Shown one piece after another: positions 47,483 to 58,651 of a stretch of DNA of 64,000 bases. Each line of letters begins with the position of its first letter. Position 1 is the first letter of the stretch. The stretch lies in assembly GCA_016711805.1 (NCBI GenBank), contig JADJSH010000010.1:1-64000 (forward strand). Reading direction: 5' to 3'. The DNA is from Bacteroidota bacterium (GTDB lineage Bacteria; Bacteroidota; Bacteroidia; B-17B0; Aurantibacillaceae). Under the pieces are notes generated by a model. It was not told the origin of the DNA and ran no database searches. It worked only from the letters and a program-made list of their open reading frames with translations. The translations under genes and the position numbers were made by a program.

Positions 47483-48073
47483 TTATTTTTTGATAGTAAC
47501 TTTTTGATTTTCGATTAAATGCTCTAATGAAATACGTTTTCTCTTTTTAAGTGACTTAAAAAAAACTGGAGAAAGCCCCGTAATTTTTTTAAACTGATTT
47601 GAAAAATGCGGAACACTACTATAATGCAATTTAAAACAAATTTCTTTCAAACTCATTTCATTATAAATAATCAATTCTTTCGCACGCTCAATTTTATTAA
47701 TGATAATAAATTGTTGAAGCGTACTACCTGTTACTTCCGAAAATAAATTGGATAAATAGGTATAATCACATTCTAATTTTTTACTCAAGTATTCCGAATA
47801 TTTTTCTTCGGGTGGTTCATCCGAATAGTGAATCATATCAATAATCGCATTTTTTACTTTTTCAATTTGTATGGATTTTTTATCCTCCATTAACTCATGT
47901 CCGTTTTTTAATAAAGCAGCTTTAATTTTATCAAACTGACGAATAGAAATTTTTTGCTGCACTTCTAATTCTCCCAATTCGATACTTGATATTTTAATGC
48001 CTAATTTATTAAACTCTTGCTTTACCATTAGCTTACAACAATGGCTTACCATGTATTTTATATATAACTTCAT
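47483..48073 (-). CDS. AraC family transcriptional regulator
   Basis: C-terminal dual HTH (…KELIIYNEMSLKEICFKLHYSSVPHFSNQFKKITGLSP). Confidence 0.75.
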   Translation of the reverse strand: MKLYIKYMVSHCCKLMVKQEFNKLGIKISSIELGELEVQQKISIRQFDKIKAALLKNGHELMEDKKSIQIEKVKNAIIDMIHYSDEPPEEKYSEYLSKKLECDYTYLSNLFSEVTGSTLQQFIIINKIERAKELIIYNEMSLKEICFKLHYSSVPHFSNQFKKITGLSPVFFKSLKKRKRISLEHLIENQKVTIKK

Positions 48074-48264
48074 GTTTTTTTCTAAAATTTTGTTTGTGCG
48101 AATATGTAAACCAATATGTTAGAAAAAGTTACACATTTAATATGATATGTTACACAATTCACAGATTATGAGAAATTTTATGTATGATAACAATCACCAA
48201 ATAAACAAACTCTCGTTATAAGATGTGCTTTTTAATTACCTAACTTTAATTAAAAAATAGAGCT

Positions 48265-48537
48265 ATGAAAACCGAAAAAATACTAATCGCTAATTTAAAA
48301 TGTGGTGGCTGCGAAAATACCATTAAAACAAAATTAGCTGAATTGGCAGGAGTAGAAAGTGTAACCGTTAACCAAGAAGAAGACTCGGTAACGATTACAC
48401 ACAACGAAAAAAGCAGCAGAGTAGATTTTACTAAAAAACTTCACGACCTAGGTTATCCTGAAGCGACTGAAGAAAATGGATTGCTGTTACAGCTTAAAAG
48501 CTATGCTAGTTGTATTGTGGGGAGAATGAGTAAGTAA
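48265..48537 (+). CDS. heavy-metal-associated (HMA) domain protein / metallochaperone
   Basis: ferredoxin-like HMA fold with LKCGGCENTIK metal-binding motif; 90 aa. Confidence 0.7.
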   Translation: MKTEKILIANLKCGGCENTIKTKLAELAGVESVTVNQEEDSVTITHNEKSSRVDFTKKLHDLGYPEATEENGLLLQLKSYASCIVGRMSK

Positions 48538-48555
48538 TAGCATATTTAAAAAAAA

Positions 48556-48580
48556 CCTCTGCTATTTCTAACAGAGGATT
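48556..48580. terminator. bidirectional rho-independent terminator
   Basis: aaaaaaaacctctgctatttctaacagaggatttt. Confidence 0.55.
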
Positions 48581-48611
48581 TTCAATTGATAGCGCCCGAA
48601 CTATGAAAAAA

Positions 48612-51017
48612 CTATTTCTTAAACTCTACTTTCATTTCTACACGACGGTTTTTCTGACGTCCTTCTGGTGTATTATTATCAGCAATTGGCACTGCTTGTC
48701 CAAACCACTCAGCAATTACTTTATCAGCTTTTACGCCTTTGCTTACTAAGTATTTTTTAACTGCCTTCGCACGTTTTTCAGAAAGCATCAAGTTCTTAGT
48801 TGGGTCACCTTGGTTATCTGTATGTCCAGATAACTTCAAGGTCCAATCAGCAGCATGCTCTTTCATTAATTTTGCTAAGTCGTTTAACGATGGTAATGAA
48901 ACTGGCTTAATAATATCTTTACCAGTTGCAAACTCTAAACTAGAGAAAGCACGTTCAAGAATTTTTTGCTCTTCTACTTTTAATACTGGAGCTGGAGGAC
49001 ATCCTTTTAACTCTTTTAAACCTGGAGTTGTAGGGCAATCATCTTCTCTATCCACTACTCCATCTTTATCTGTATCAATCCAAGGGCAACCTTTATTTTC
49101 AACTGCACCAACAACATCTGGGCAATTATCATCTTTATCTAACACGGTATCTCCATCTCTATCAGGGCAACCTTTAAATTCTTTAGGTCCTGCAACATCA
49201 GGGCAAGAATCGTACTTATCTGGTGTTTTATCGCCATCTCTATCAGGGCAGCCTAAAAACTCCGCTAAACCTGCGTCATCCGGACACTCATCTTCTTTAT
49301 CTGTAATTTTATCTCCATCTTTATCAGGACAGCCTTTAAAATCAACCAATCCTTTATCATCTGGGCAATTATCTTCTAAATCAGTAATGCCATCTCCATC
49401 TCTATCAGGACAACCTTGTAATTCTTTAGTACCTGCAACATCTGGGCATTTATCTTCGCTATCCTGAATATGATCTCCATCTTTATCAGGACAACCCATA
49501 AACTCCCAAGTTCCCGGTATGTCTTTACACTTATCTTTTTTATTGGAAACTTCATCCTTATCTCTATCTTTTGGTTTGCCATAAGGAATAGGCAATTTCA
49601 ACATGGCATAAATATCCGCGCCGTAAATTGTTTTTTGTCCTACTAACGGTGCTAAGTTGGATGAACCAACTACTATTGGCCCTAACCTAACTGCAGCTCC
49701 TGCTCTAAAGCCATCCAAAAAATTATATTGAATTGGAATAAATATACCAGCCCACTTCCAATCGTAACGAGGTGTTAAAGTAATGCTACTAATATCATGT
49801 ACTTTCGTGTCATTATTTTTAAACTGCATGGCAATAAAAGGCGTTAAGTTTACATAGAAATCTTTCCAAACTTGATAATCAATTTGAGCACTGATGGCAG
49901 TTGGTAAATTCATTTTGTAAAACGATTTTGATCCTGTTTGAGTAAATCGACCTTTTAATGTATCATCAAACTCACCGACAGATTGTGGATCAATTGGCTT
50001 TAGATTCCAATAACCAACATTTGCTTGAAAATCTCCACTAGTGCTTCCTTTTTTAAATTTGATAGATCCTAAATCAGTAACCGAAAATCCAACTTTTAAT
50101 TTGTATTTATTTTTGTCTTTACGCCATAAATCTTTCTCACCATCCATATTGTATTTATATTTTAAATACGAAGGACGCCATTCATACACAACACCAAAAT
50201 CAAAACCAACACCAGGATAAGATTGACTATAATCAAACACCTTAGTTCCAGTGTTACTTTCGCCGACTTTTAAATCCTTAAAGGTTAAATTATCAGAGTG
50301 ACCGTAATTTACCTCTGATTGAAAAATAGATAAAGTGGTATCTGTTTGAAAATTATATTCTAAATCTTTTACAAACATATAAGCCGATTGAATACCTTGT
50401 AATAATTTTACAGTTACTCCACCTTTAAAATAATGTTCGTTATCTTCTTTAAATACATGAGCATAAGTTAAACCATATTCTGCCCAGGTCATTTCTTGAA
50501 TACTTAGATTTTTATTTTGAAGATTAGTAACCCATAAAGATGGATACTTAAATTCCTCGTAAGCTAGCTTTGCTAAATCAGGAGAGATTCCGTCGATATT
50601 GATATAATTTCTAATACTAGAGGAAATAGCAATAGCATTTTTTCTGTTTATTGGAATCATAAATGATGGTCCAGCAATACGGTTAGTTAAATAAATGCTT
50701 TTATTTCTTCCATTAATACGTTCGGTTAAATATTTGTCAGCAAATAATGTATCGTCAAAAGCAGGCAAAGTTGTTTTACCATCTGCATCTTTGGCTCTTT
50801 TAAAGGCCGAACGATCTATTCCAATATAGTTGTTATAAAAACCAATATTTAAACCAACTAAATTCATATCAAATTTCATACGACCATCTACAATACTAGC
50901 TGGCTGTTGATAGATTCCAGTTACGCCGGCATAATTACTTTGATTAAATCCCACAAAATCTTGAGATTGAGCAAAATAACTAAAAGATAAAGCGGCAAAA
51001 AGTAATAATTTCTTCAT
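48612..51017 (-). CDS. OmpA-family outer-membrane protein with thrombospondin type-3 (calcium-binding) repeats
   Basis: Signal peptide, N-terminal beta-barrel-like region, ~10 tandem DKDGD...CPD TSP3 repeats, C-terminal OmpA domain (...SGHTDNQGDPTKNLMLSEKRAKAV...NRRVE). Confidence 0.85.
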   Translation of the reverse strand: MKKLLLFAALSFSYFAQSQDFVGFNQSNYAGVTGIYQQPASIVDGRMKFDMNLVGLNIGFYNNYIGIDRSAFKRAKDADGKTTLPAFDDTLFADKYLTERINGRNKSIYLTNRIAGPSFMIPINRKNAIAISSSIRNYINIDGISPDLAKLAYEEFKYPSLWVTNLQNKNLSIQEMTWAEYGLTYAHVFKEDNEHYFKGGVTVKLLQGIQSAYMFVKDLEYNFQTDTTLSIFQSEVNYGHSDNLTFKDLKVGESNTGTKVFDYSQSYPGVGFDFGVVYEWRPSYLKYKYNMDGEKDLWRKDKNKYKLKVGFSVTDLGSIKFKKGSTSGDFQANVGYWNLKPIDPQSVGEFDDTLKGRFTQTGSKSFYKMNLPTAISAQIDYQVWKDFYVNLTPFIAMQFKNNDTKVHDISSITLTPRYDWKWAGIFIPIQYNFLDGFRAGAAVRLGPIVVGSSNLAPLVGQKTIYGADIYAMLKLPIPYGKPKDRDKDEVSNKKDKCKDIPGTWEFMGCPDKDGDHIQDSEDKCPDVAGTKELQGCPDRDGDGITDLEDNCPDDKGLVDFKGCPDKDGDKITDKEDECPDDAGLAEFLGCPDRDGDKTPDKYDSCPDVAGPKEFKGCPDRDGDTVLDKDDNCPDVVGAVENKGCPWIDTDKDGVVDREDDCPTTPGLKELKGCPPAPVLKVEEQKILERAFSSLEFATGKDIIKPVSLPSLNDLAKLMKEHAADWTLKLSGHTDNQGDPTKNLMLSEKRAKAVKKYLVSKGVKADKVIAEWFGQAVPIADNNTPEGRQKNRRVEMKVEFKK
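48950..49560. repeat. in-frame tandem repeats encoding thrombospondin type-3 motifs inside the OmpA-family gene
   Basis: Recurring ~69-75-bp units (gggcaa/cctttaaa.tc...ccatctctatcaggaca). Confidence 0.6.
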
Positions 51018-51173
51018 AGAGCGATTTTTTGTTTAGACCTCAAAAATAAGACATTCTGTTTAATGTAGACTAAAATTCAAAAATATTACGGTATAATTAA
51101 CAAAAGTCAAGGCAAAAGCCTCTCAATCACATTCCAATTTCGTATCTTCGCCCTTTGTTACCGAGAAAAAATT

Positions 51174-52244
51174 ATGTTAGATAAATTAGAAGAAATTAAA
51201 AGAAGGTATAACGATGTTGAAGCAAAATTAGGGGATCCTAGTGTGATTGCTGATATGCGCTTATTTAAAAAATTGAATATTGAATATAAAGGCTTGCAGC
51301 CAGTAGTTGAAGCTTATTACAAATACAAGCAAATTACTGATAATATTAATGGTGCCAAAGAGGTATTAGCAACTGAAAAGGATAAAGACTTTTTGGATAT
51401 GGCTAAAGCTGAATTAGAAGAAAATCGCGCTGCCGAAGAAAAATTACAGGAAGAAGTTCGTGTGATGTTAATTCCTAAAGATCCTGAAGATGCAAAAAAT
51501 TGCACCATGGAAATTAGAGGAGGAACGGGTGGCGATGAAGCCGCTATTTTTGCTGGTGATTTATTTGATATGTACCGTCGCTATTGCGAAATTAAAGGCT
51601 TTCAGTTAGAAGTGATTGATGAAAGCCCTGGTTCGATGGGTGGTTACAAAGAAATTGTGTTTAATGTAAAAGGCGATAACGCATTTGGAACCATGAAGTT
51701 TGAAAGTGGCGTACACCGAGTGCAGCGTGTTCCAGCCACCGAAGCGGCTGGACGTGTGCATACATCTGCAGCTACTGTTGCCGTGTTACCAGAAGCCGAA
51801 GAATGGGATATTGAAATTAAACCCGCAGATATTGAAATGGCAACTGCTCGAAGCGGTGGAGCTGGAGGACAAAATGTAAATAAAGTAGAGTCGAAAGTAA
51901 TTTTAACTCACAAACCATCAGGTATTGTTGTGACTTGCCAAACACAACGTAACCAACTAGGTAACCGCGAAAAAGCAATGGAAATGCTACGTTCTAAATT
52001 ATATGATTTAGAATATCAAAAACGACTAGCCGATACTACTAGTCGTCGTAAAAGTATGGTAAGTACGGGAGATAGATCTGAAAAAATTAGAACATATAAT
52101 TATCCACAAAACCGTATCACTGATCATCGTATTGGTTTAACACTTTATAATTTAACCGACTTTACAAACGGTTACATACAACAAATGATTGATGCTTTAC
52201 AGTTTGCGGAAAATGCAGAACGATTGAAAGAAGGAGGATTGTAA
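51174..52244 (+). CDS. prfA: peptide chain release factor 1
   Basis: PAT codon-recognition tripeptide (VQRVPATEA) and GGQ motif ([11 protein letters not shown]). Confidence 0.9.
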   Translation: MLDKLEEIKRRYNDVEAKLGDPSVIADMRLFKKLNIEYKGLQPVVEAYYKYKQITDNINGAKEVLATEKDKDFLDMAKAELEENRAAEEKLQEEVRVMLIPKDPEDAKNCTMEIRGGTGGDEAAIFAGDLFDMYRRYCEIKGFQLEVIDESPGSMGGYKEIVFNVKGDNAFGTMKFESGVHRVQRVPATEAAGRVHTSAATVAVLPEAEEWDIEIKPADIEMATARSGGAGGQNVNKVESKVILTHKPSGIVVTCQTQRNQLGNREKAMEMLRSKLYDLEYQKRLADTTSRRKSMVSTGDRSEKIRTYNYPQNRITDHRIGLTLYNLTDFTNGYIQQMIDALQFAENAERLKEGGL

Positions 52245-52293
52245 AGACTCAAAAGACTACAGAGATTTAAGGGACAAAAAAGACAATAGTATT

Positions 52294-53106
52294 ATGACAC
52301 GAGCAGAATTAATTAAACAAATTCAAGCTAAAAAAACATTTTTATGTGTTGGCTTAGATCCAGACGTAGATAAAATTCCTCAATTTCTATTAGAAGAGGA
52401 AGATCCTATTTTTGAATTTAATCGTCAAATTGTTGATGCCACTGCTGATTATTGTGTTGCCTTTAAACCTAATACTGCTTTTTATGAAGCTTATGGTTTA
52501 AGTGGAATGACAAGCTTAGAAAAAACCATTAAATACATTAAGCAAGAATATCCAAACCATTTTTTAATTGCTGATGCTAAACGTGGCGACATAGGCAATA
52601 CATCAAGTATGTATGCCAAAGCATTTTTTAAACGCTTACATGCAGATGCTATTACTGTTGCTCCATACATGGGTAGCGATTCAGTAAAACCATTTTTACA
52701 ATTTGAAGGTAAATGGGCTATTGTTTTGGGATTAACATCAAACGAAGGCGCAACAGATTTTCAGTTAGATGAAGGGAAGGTTGAGCCCTTGTATCAGCAT
52801 GTTTTAAGAACATCAAGTCAGTGGGGAACTACTGAAAATATGATGTATGTGATTGGTGCTACTAAAGCTCAACAATTTGACGACGTGAGACGTATAATCC
52901 CAAACCACTTTTTATTAGTACCAGGTGTTGGTGCCCAAGGTGGTAGTTTAGCGGAAGTTTGCAAACATGGCTTAATTAAAAATGATATTGGTTTGTTAAT
53001 CAACTCATCTCGCGCTATTATTTACGCATCAAATGGAGAAGACTTTGCTGCTGCGGCGGCTAAAGAAGCAAAAAAAGTAGCAGATGAAATGAAAGCGTAT
53101 TTTTAG
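52294..53106 (+). CDS. pyrF: orotidine-5'-phosphate decarboxylase (long type)
   Basis: LCVGLDPD ... [10 protein letters not shown] catalytic Lys/Asp motifs; 270 aa. Confidence 0.85.
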   Translation: MTRAELIKQIQAKKTFLCVGLDPDVDKIPQFLLEEEDPIFEFNRQIVDATADYCVAFKPNTAFYEAYGLSGMTSLEKTIKYIKQEYPNHFLIADAKRGDIGNTSSMYAKAFFKRLHADAITVAPYMGSDSVKPFLQFEGKWAIVLGLTSNEGATDFQLDEGKVEPLYQHVLRTSSQWGTTENMMYVIGATKAQQFDDVRRIIPNHFLLVPGVGAQGGSLAEVCKHGLIKNDIGLLINSSRAIIYASNGEDFAAAAAKEAKKVADEMKAYF

Positions 53107-53124
53107 GTGCTAAGTATAATATGA

Positions 53125-53197
53125 CTCTTCGAGCTTAGTCGTGAAGTGTTCTTAATGAGGCCTTTATTGTTCTCGACTACGCTAGCACTGACAAGCC
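53125..53197. repeat. intergenic repeat family B copy (degenerate)
   Basis: CTCTTCGAGCTTAGTCGTGAAGTG ... TTCTCGACTACGCTAGCACTGACAAGCC. Confidence 0.55.
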
Positions 53198-53212
53198 TCT
53201 TAAAAACTAAAG

Positions 53213-53944
53213 CTATCTTTTCTTAGCAGGCTCATCATCATCTTTATACTTATCGTAATCCAACTTATTACCCCAAAAATTCATTTGTTGTTTAATCCAA
53301 GCTTTTCGTTGAACAATATAACTACTAGCTGGATTTGCCTTATATCGTAATGGATTTGGCAGTATAGCAGCAATAGCAGCAGCTTCATCCTTACTTAATT
53401 TTTTAGCTGATTTATGAAACCAATGTTTTGATGCGGCTTCGGCACCATAAATCCCATTGCCCATTTCAATACTATTTAAATACACTTCCATAATACGTTC
53501 CTTGCTCCAAAACACTTCAATTAACAAGGTAAACCATAACTCCAATCCTTTTCGCAGGTAACTCCTACCCTGCCACAAAAATACATTTTTAGCAGTTTGT
53601 TGAGTAATGGTACTTCCTCCTCTGACGCGTTTCCCCTTTTCATTTTCTTTCATGGCTTTTTGTATAGCTCCCCAATCAACGCCAAAATGCTTCAAGTAAT
53701 TTTGATCTTCACTACAAACTACTGCCAATTGTAATTTTGGCGAAATCTCTTTTAAAGGCACCCAATCATGTTCCATGGTAACGCCTTTACCATTTTTTAA
53801 TTGTTCAACATCTCTTATCAACATTAAAGGTGTTATAGGAACTGGAACCCATCTGTAAACAATAACAGAAACAATGGATAAAACGAAAAACGCTACACAC
53901 GTTTTCCAAAATATTGTCCATATTTTACCTAATATTTTTCTCAT
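53213..53944 (-). CDS. mtgA: monofunctional biosynthetic peptidoglycan transglycosylase
   Basis: N-terminal TM; GT51 motifs EDQNYLKHFGVD, GGSTITQQ, RKGLELWF. Confidence 0.85.
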   Translation of the reverse strand: MRKILGKIWTIFWKTCVAFFVLSIVSVIVYRWVPVPITPLMLIRDVEQLKNGKGVTMEHDWVPLKEISPKLQLAVVCSEDQNYLKHFGVDWGAIQKAMKENEKGKRVRGGSTITQQTAKNVFLWQGRSYLRKGLELWFTLLIEVFWSKERIMEVYLNSIEMGNGIYGAEAASKHWFHKSAKKLSKDEAAAIAAILPNPLRYKANPASSYIVQRKAWIKQQMNFWGNKLDYDKYKDDDEPAKKR

Positions 53945-54023
53945 ACATTTAGTAAAACTATTGTATTATTTAGCTTAAGTTTACACACCTTTAAAATTTT
54001 AACAACATCCAACTTTTAATAAC

Positions 54024-54518
54024 ATGAGCAAAAAAACCACATACATTATCTTGGCAATTGCAATTCTCGCAATTACTGGAATGTACTTTTATAACAAATA
54101 CAACGTAGCGCCATCTATTGATGTAAGCAAGTTAACCGTAGTTGATGAAAATGATCAAAAATTTGACATCGCATCGCTCAAAGGGAAAAAAGTGATTTTG
54201 AGTTTTTACGCCTCTTGGTGTCCACCCTGCCGAGAGGAATTAAAGACATTAGCTAAAATAAGAGATCAAAAATTAGCAGGCTATGAAATATTGGCTGTTA
54301 CCGACGAAAATCTAGAAAAACTAACAGAATTTAAAAACAAAACGCAATATCCATTTACATTTTTGACATTAACAAAAGTTTTTTCTGATATCGGTATTAA
54401 CTCTATACCAACTACTTATTTGTTAAATGCAAAAGGCGAAATAGTTTATAATAATGTAGGCTTTATTGATTGGGAAGACGAATCTACTTTTCAGCATTTA
54501 ATAAGCTTAATGGAATAA
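54024..54518 (+). CDS. TlpA/ResA-like thiol-disulfide oxidoreductase (thioredoxin fold)
   Basis: N-terminal TM anchor; WCPPC active site. Confidence 0.75.
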   Translation: MSKKTTYIILAIAILAITGMYFYNKYNVAPSIDVSKLTVVDENDQKFDIASLKGKKVILSFYASWCPPCREELKTLAKIRDQKLAGYEILAVTDENLEKLTEFKNKTQYPFTFLTLTKVFSDIGINSIPTTYLLNAKGEIVYNNVGFIDWEDESTFQHLISLME

Positions 54519-54579
54519 GTTAAAATATTGTTGATTCACTAATAATTCAATATATTTAAAGTCTATTTTTATTAAGATT

Positions 54580-55986
54580 ATGACAAAAATTAAATTTGGT
54601 ACCGACGGCTGGAGAGCCATTATAGCAAAAGAATTTACAGTGGAAAATGTAGCACGCGTTACAGAAGCTACAGCTGTTTGGTTAAAGAAAAATTTTGAAA
54701 ACCCAACGGTTGTTTTGGGTCACGATTGCCGTTTTGCTGGCGAATTATTTGCACACACTGCTGCTAAAGTATTAGTATCACATAATATTAAAGTTTTTTT
54801 AGCAAAAGACTTTGTAAGTACTCCTATGATTTCATTAGGTACCGTGCGTCACAAAGCTAGCGTTGGTATTATTATTACCGCATCTCACAATCCTCCATCT
54901 TATAATGGTTTTAAATTAAAAGGCTACTATGGCGGACCGTTAGGTCCTGAAAAAGTTCAAGAAATTGAAGATATTATTCCTGAAAAAGCGAACCAAAATT
55001 TTGAAGCTGTTGACTTAAAAGCGGCAGAAGCAAAAGGCTTAGTTGAAATCACCGCATTAGAAGATATGTACGTAAAACATGTTGAAGCGAATTTTGATTT
55101 AGCCGCCATTAAAAATTCTGGACTTAAGTTTGCTTACGATAGTATGTACGGTGCAGGACAACGCGTTATGTTCCGTTTATTTCCGGAAATTATTCATTTA
55201 CATAACGATCATAATCCAAGTTTTAAAGGACAAGCGCCTGAGCCTATCCATAAAAATTTAACAGAGTTTTCAAACTTAATTAAAAATGCAGGCAATATTG
55301 ATTGCGGTTTAGTAACTGATGGAGATGCTGATAGAATTGGACTTTACGATGCTAAAGGAAACTTTGTGGATTCACATCACATCATTTTATTATTAATCCA
55401 TTACCTAAAAAAATACAAAGGCATGGATGGTAAAGTGGCAACTGCATTTAGTTCTACTGTTAAAATTAAAAATATGTGCGACCACTACAACTTACCCTTG
55501 GATGTTGTAAAAATTGGCTTCAAATACATTTGTAATATTATGATTACAGAAGATGTATTGGTTGGTGGCGAAGAAAGTGGTGGTATTGCCATTAAAGGAC
55601 ATATTCCTGAGCGTGATGGTATTTGGATGGGCTTAGTATTATGGGAATTTATGGCAAAAACTGGTAAGAGCTTAACTGAGTTAATTGAAGAAGTATATGC
55701 TATTACAGGAACTTTTTCTTTTGAACGTAATGATTTAACGATTACAGAAGAATTGAAAAACAAAATTGTAGCTAATTGTAAAAATGGCTTTTACAAAGAA
55801 TTTGGAAAATACAAAGTGCAACGCTTAGATGATTTAGATGGCTATAAATTCTTTTTTGATGACAATACATGGACAATGATTCGTGCATCGGGAACAGAGC
55901 CTGTTTTGCGTACCTATGCCGAAGCAGCGACTAAGGAAAAAGCATTTGATATATTAGCCGACGTTAAAAAAGTGTTATTAGGATAA
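54580..55986 (+). CDS. alpha-D-phosphohexomutase family enzyme (phosphoglucomutase/phosphomannomutase)
   Basis: FGTDGWR N-terminus, active-site TASHNPPSYNG, metal loop DGDADR. Confidence 0.75.
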   Translation: MTKIKFGTDGWRAIIAKEFTVENVARVTEATAVWLKKNFENPTVVLGHDCRFAGELFAHTAAKVLVSHNIKVFLAKDFVSTPMISLGTVRHKASVGIIITASHNPPSYNGFKLKGYYGGPLGPEKVQEIEDIIPEKANQNFEAVDLKAAEAKGLVEITALEDMYVKHVEANFDLAAIKNSGLKFAYDSMYGAGQRVMFRLFPEIIHLHNDHNPSFKGQAPEPIHKNLTEFSNLIKNAGNIDCGLVTDGDADRIGLYDAKGNFVDSHHIILLLIHYLKKYKGMDGKVATAFSSTVKIKNMCDHYNLPLDVVKIGFKYICNIMITEDVLVGGEESGGIAIKGHIPERDGIWMGLVLWEFMAKTGKSLTELIEEVYAITGTFSFERNDLTITEELKNKIVANCKNGFYKEFGKYKVQRLDDLDGYKFFFDDNTWTMIRASGTEPVLRTYAEAATKEKAFDILADVKKVLLG

Positions 55987-56008
55987 TTTCAATTTCCTTA
56001 ATTTTTTA

Positions 56009-56040
56009 AACCCATCTTTCTTTGGATAGATGGGTTTTTA
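56009..56040 (+). terminator. rho-independent terminator
   Basis: aaacccatctttctttggatagatgggttttt. Confidence 0.6.
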
Positions 56041-56146
56041 ATTTCAATGCATATGATTTAGGTGACATAAAACAAAGAAACGCATCTCTTTACATGAGGT
56101 AATTACTCTATATTAATTCAACAACTATTTTAATGCACTTATTCAT

Positions 56147-56859
56147 TTAAGAATGTGGCTGAAAATTCAATTTCAAAAGAATCACTATATAATCCCATAA
56201 AAAATGGCAGATGATGAGGATTTTAATATTTCGGTATTTGTAATAATGTAAGGCAAATACAAGTCCTATTATAAAAGGACCTATCACATTTAAAGCTGTC
56301 ACATAACCAAAATGTATCAATCCAAAAATAACAGAAGATATGATGACGCTTATATAAGTTTTATTAAATAAGAGTTGCAAGCGAGGCATGATATAACCTC
56401 TAAATACTAATTCCTCGGTTATACCTGCCGTAAGACAAGTCAACAATACTAAAAAATGATTGTGCCTAAATATTTCTATTATTTTATTTAAACTATCGCT
56501 ATCTTTTTTAAAACCTAATAATGTCCAAACTATAGAAAACACTATTAAAACAACAACCACAACCAAAAGAGTAGTAATTACCGATAAAATATAATATCCT
56601 ACAGAATATTTTTTTCTTCCCACAACAACAAGGGTTGTTTTTCGATTTGACGAACATAAATAAAAAGTATCGCAAGCGCTACCCATATGGCTATGCGCGA
56701 AGAAAATAGCGCCGCTTCATCTGATAACAATAATACATCTTTCAATAATTTTGAAACTACTAAAGCTGCGAAAAATAAAACAATAGAAACAATAATCCCT
56801 ATCGATATTGTTTTTTTATTTAATTGTTCTGTTGTCATGTTGTTTAGTAAAAAAGCCAT
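56147..56859 (-). CDS. CPBP family intramembrane metalloprotease (CAAX protease-like), frame broken by a 1-nt deletion in an A-run (probable assembly error)
   Basis: 86-aa ORF (N-terminal TM helices) overlaps the 179-aa ORF carrying EELVFRGY...FGLIHF motifs. Adding one A to the A7 run (plus-strand T-run 56609-56615) fuses them (...LLLWEEKKYSVGYYILSVI...). Confidence 0.6.
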
Positions 56860-56895
56860 CCGCTGGTTAGTGGATGGCTTTATTGTTTTATTCTA

Positions 56896-56922
56896 GCTTG
56901 TCTTCGACTACGCTCAGACAGC
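56896..56922. repeat. intergenic repeat family B, single degenerate arm
   Basis: CTTGTCTTCGACTACGCTCAGACAGCG. Confidence 0.4.
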
Positions 56923-56927
56923 GAAAA

Positions 56928-58316
56928 TTATAAATGTATTACTTCGCCGTAAGCAGCAGCAGCAGCTTCCATAATAGCTTCGCTCATCGTTGGATGAGGA
57001 TGAATTGTTTTAATTAACTCATGTCCTGTGGTTTCTAATTTACGAATCGCCACTATTTCAGCAATCATCTCCGTTACGTTAGCACCAATCATGTGAGCAC
57101 CTAATAACTCACCATATTTAGCATCAAAAATTAATTTAATAAATCCATCTTTTGCTCCAGAAGCACTTGCTTTACCAGATGCAGAGAAAGGGAATTTACC
57201 AACTTTTAAAGTATAACCTTTTTCCTTAGCTTGTTTTTCTGTCATACCAACTGAAGCAACTTCGGGTTGGCAATATGTACAACCTGGGATATTATTATAA
57301 TCAATTGGCTCAGTGTGAACACCTGCAATTTTCTCAACGCAGGTAATCCCTTCTGCTGAAGCAACGTGTGCTAAAGCTTGTCCAGGAACACAATCACCAA
57401 TAGCATAATAACCCGGTACGTTAGTAGCATAATATTTATCGACTACAATTTTACCTTTATCTGTAGCAATACCAACGCTTTCTAAACCTAAACCTGTAAT
57501 GTTTGCTTCGATACCAACTGCTGATAAAACGATTTCTGCTTCTAAAACAACGTTACCAGTTTTAGTTTTTACGTTTACTTTGCTAATATCTCCTTTAGTA
57601 TCAACGCTTTCAACAGATGCTTCTGTCATAATTTCGATACCCGTTTTCTTCAACGATTTTTCTAATTGTTTAGAGACTTCTTCATCTTCAACTGGAACTA
57701 TGTTTGGCATAAACTCCACAATGGTTACTTTAGTTCCCATCGTTGCATAAAAATACGCGAACTCAACACCAATTGCGCCTGAACCAACTACCACCATTGT
57801 TTTTGGTAATTTAGGTAAAGTCATTGCTTCGCGGTACCCAATAATTTTCTTACCATCTTGTGGTAAATTTGGTAACACACGTGAGCGAGCTCCAGTTGCA
57901 ATAATGATATGTTTAGCTTCAACGGTGCTAACTTTTCCGTCAGCTGCTTTTACTTCTACTTTTTTTCCAGCTTTTACAGTAGCAGTTCCCATAATCACAT
58001 CAATCTTGTTCTTTTTCATTAAGAACTGAATGCCTTTACTCATACCGTCAGCTACATCGCGGCTACGTTTAATCACAGCGCCAAAATCAGCTTTAATATT
58101 ATCTGCACTAATGCCATATTCTTTTGAGTGATTTAAGTATTCGAATACTTGAGCACTTTTTAATAAAGCTTTAGTAGGTATACAGCCCCAGTTAAGGCAA
58201 ATACCTCCTAGGCTTTCTCTTTCAATAATAGCAGTTTTTAATCCTAATTGAGAAGCGCGAATAGCAGTTACATAACCGCCTGGTCCACTTCCTATAACAA
58301 TAACATCGTAGTTCAT
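56928..58316 (-). CDS. lpdA: dihydrolipoyl dehydrogenase (E3)
   Basis: FAD-binding GSGPGGY, redox-active disulfide GGICLNWGCIPTK, dimerisation-domain HPHPTMSE. Confidence 0.9.
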   Translation of the reverse strand: MNYDVIVIGSGPGGYVTAIRASQLGLKTAIIERESLGGICLNWGCIPTKALLKSAQVFEYLNHSKEYGISADNIKADFGAVIKRSRDVADGMSKGIQFLMKKNKIDVIMGTATVKAGKKVEVKAADGKVSTVEAKHIIIATGARSRVLPNLPQDGKKIIGYREAMTLPKLPKTMVVVGSGAIGVEFAYFYATMGTKVTIVEFMPNIVPVEDEEVSKQLEKSLKKTGIEIMTEASVESVDTKGDISKVNVKTKTGNVVLEAEIVLSAVGIEANITGLGLESVGIATDKGKIVVDKYYATNVPGYYAIGDCVPGQALAHVASAEGITCVEKIAGVHTEPIDYNNIPGCTYCQPEVASVGMTEKQAKEKGYTLKVGKFPFSASGKASASGAKDGFIKLIFDAKYGELLGAHMIGANVTEMIAEIVAIRKLETTGHELIKTIHPHPTMSEAIMEAAAAAYGEVIHL

Positions 58317-58398
58317 AGTGTGTTTAATTTAGTGGTGCTAATATAAAGTTTTTTTTATTTGTTTGGTATGAAAGGGTTAGATATTTAAGTAATTATTA

Positions 58399-58636
58399 GG
58401 GCGTGCCGGCACAAAAAAGACAGTGCCGTCGGGCTTACCCGCTGCAATCTTTTTGTAAAGGAACACAAAATGGATTTCCGCTTGCATCCCTCACGTAAAT
58501 TTAAAGTAAATACGAAGTTTAAACCCCAAATTTGAAATTACATCTGCGCGAGGGATGCAAACGAAAATCCTTTTAGGAACGAAGTGAGTAAAAGATTGTA
58601 GTGACAGCCCAGTTTGGCTACCGCCAAACGCGCCCT
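58399..58636. repeat. intergenic repeat family A, full-length copy
   Basis: GGGCGTGCCGGCACAAAAAAGACAGTGCCGTCGGGCTTACCCGCTGCAATCTTT ... hairpin CGCTTGCATCCCTCACG(loop)CGCGAGGGATGCAAACG ... GTGACAGCCCAGTTTGGCTACCGCCAAACGCGCCC. Confidence 0.7.
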
Positions 58637-58651
58637 AATTTTCAAAAAAAA

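Noticed and set aside
48739-49467. 242-aa plus-strand Ser/Pro/Gly-rich ORF
   Set aside because: It is antisense to the thrombospondin-repeat region of the OmpA-family gene, an open frame created by the tandem repeats.
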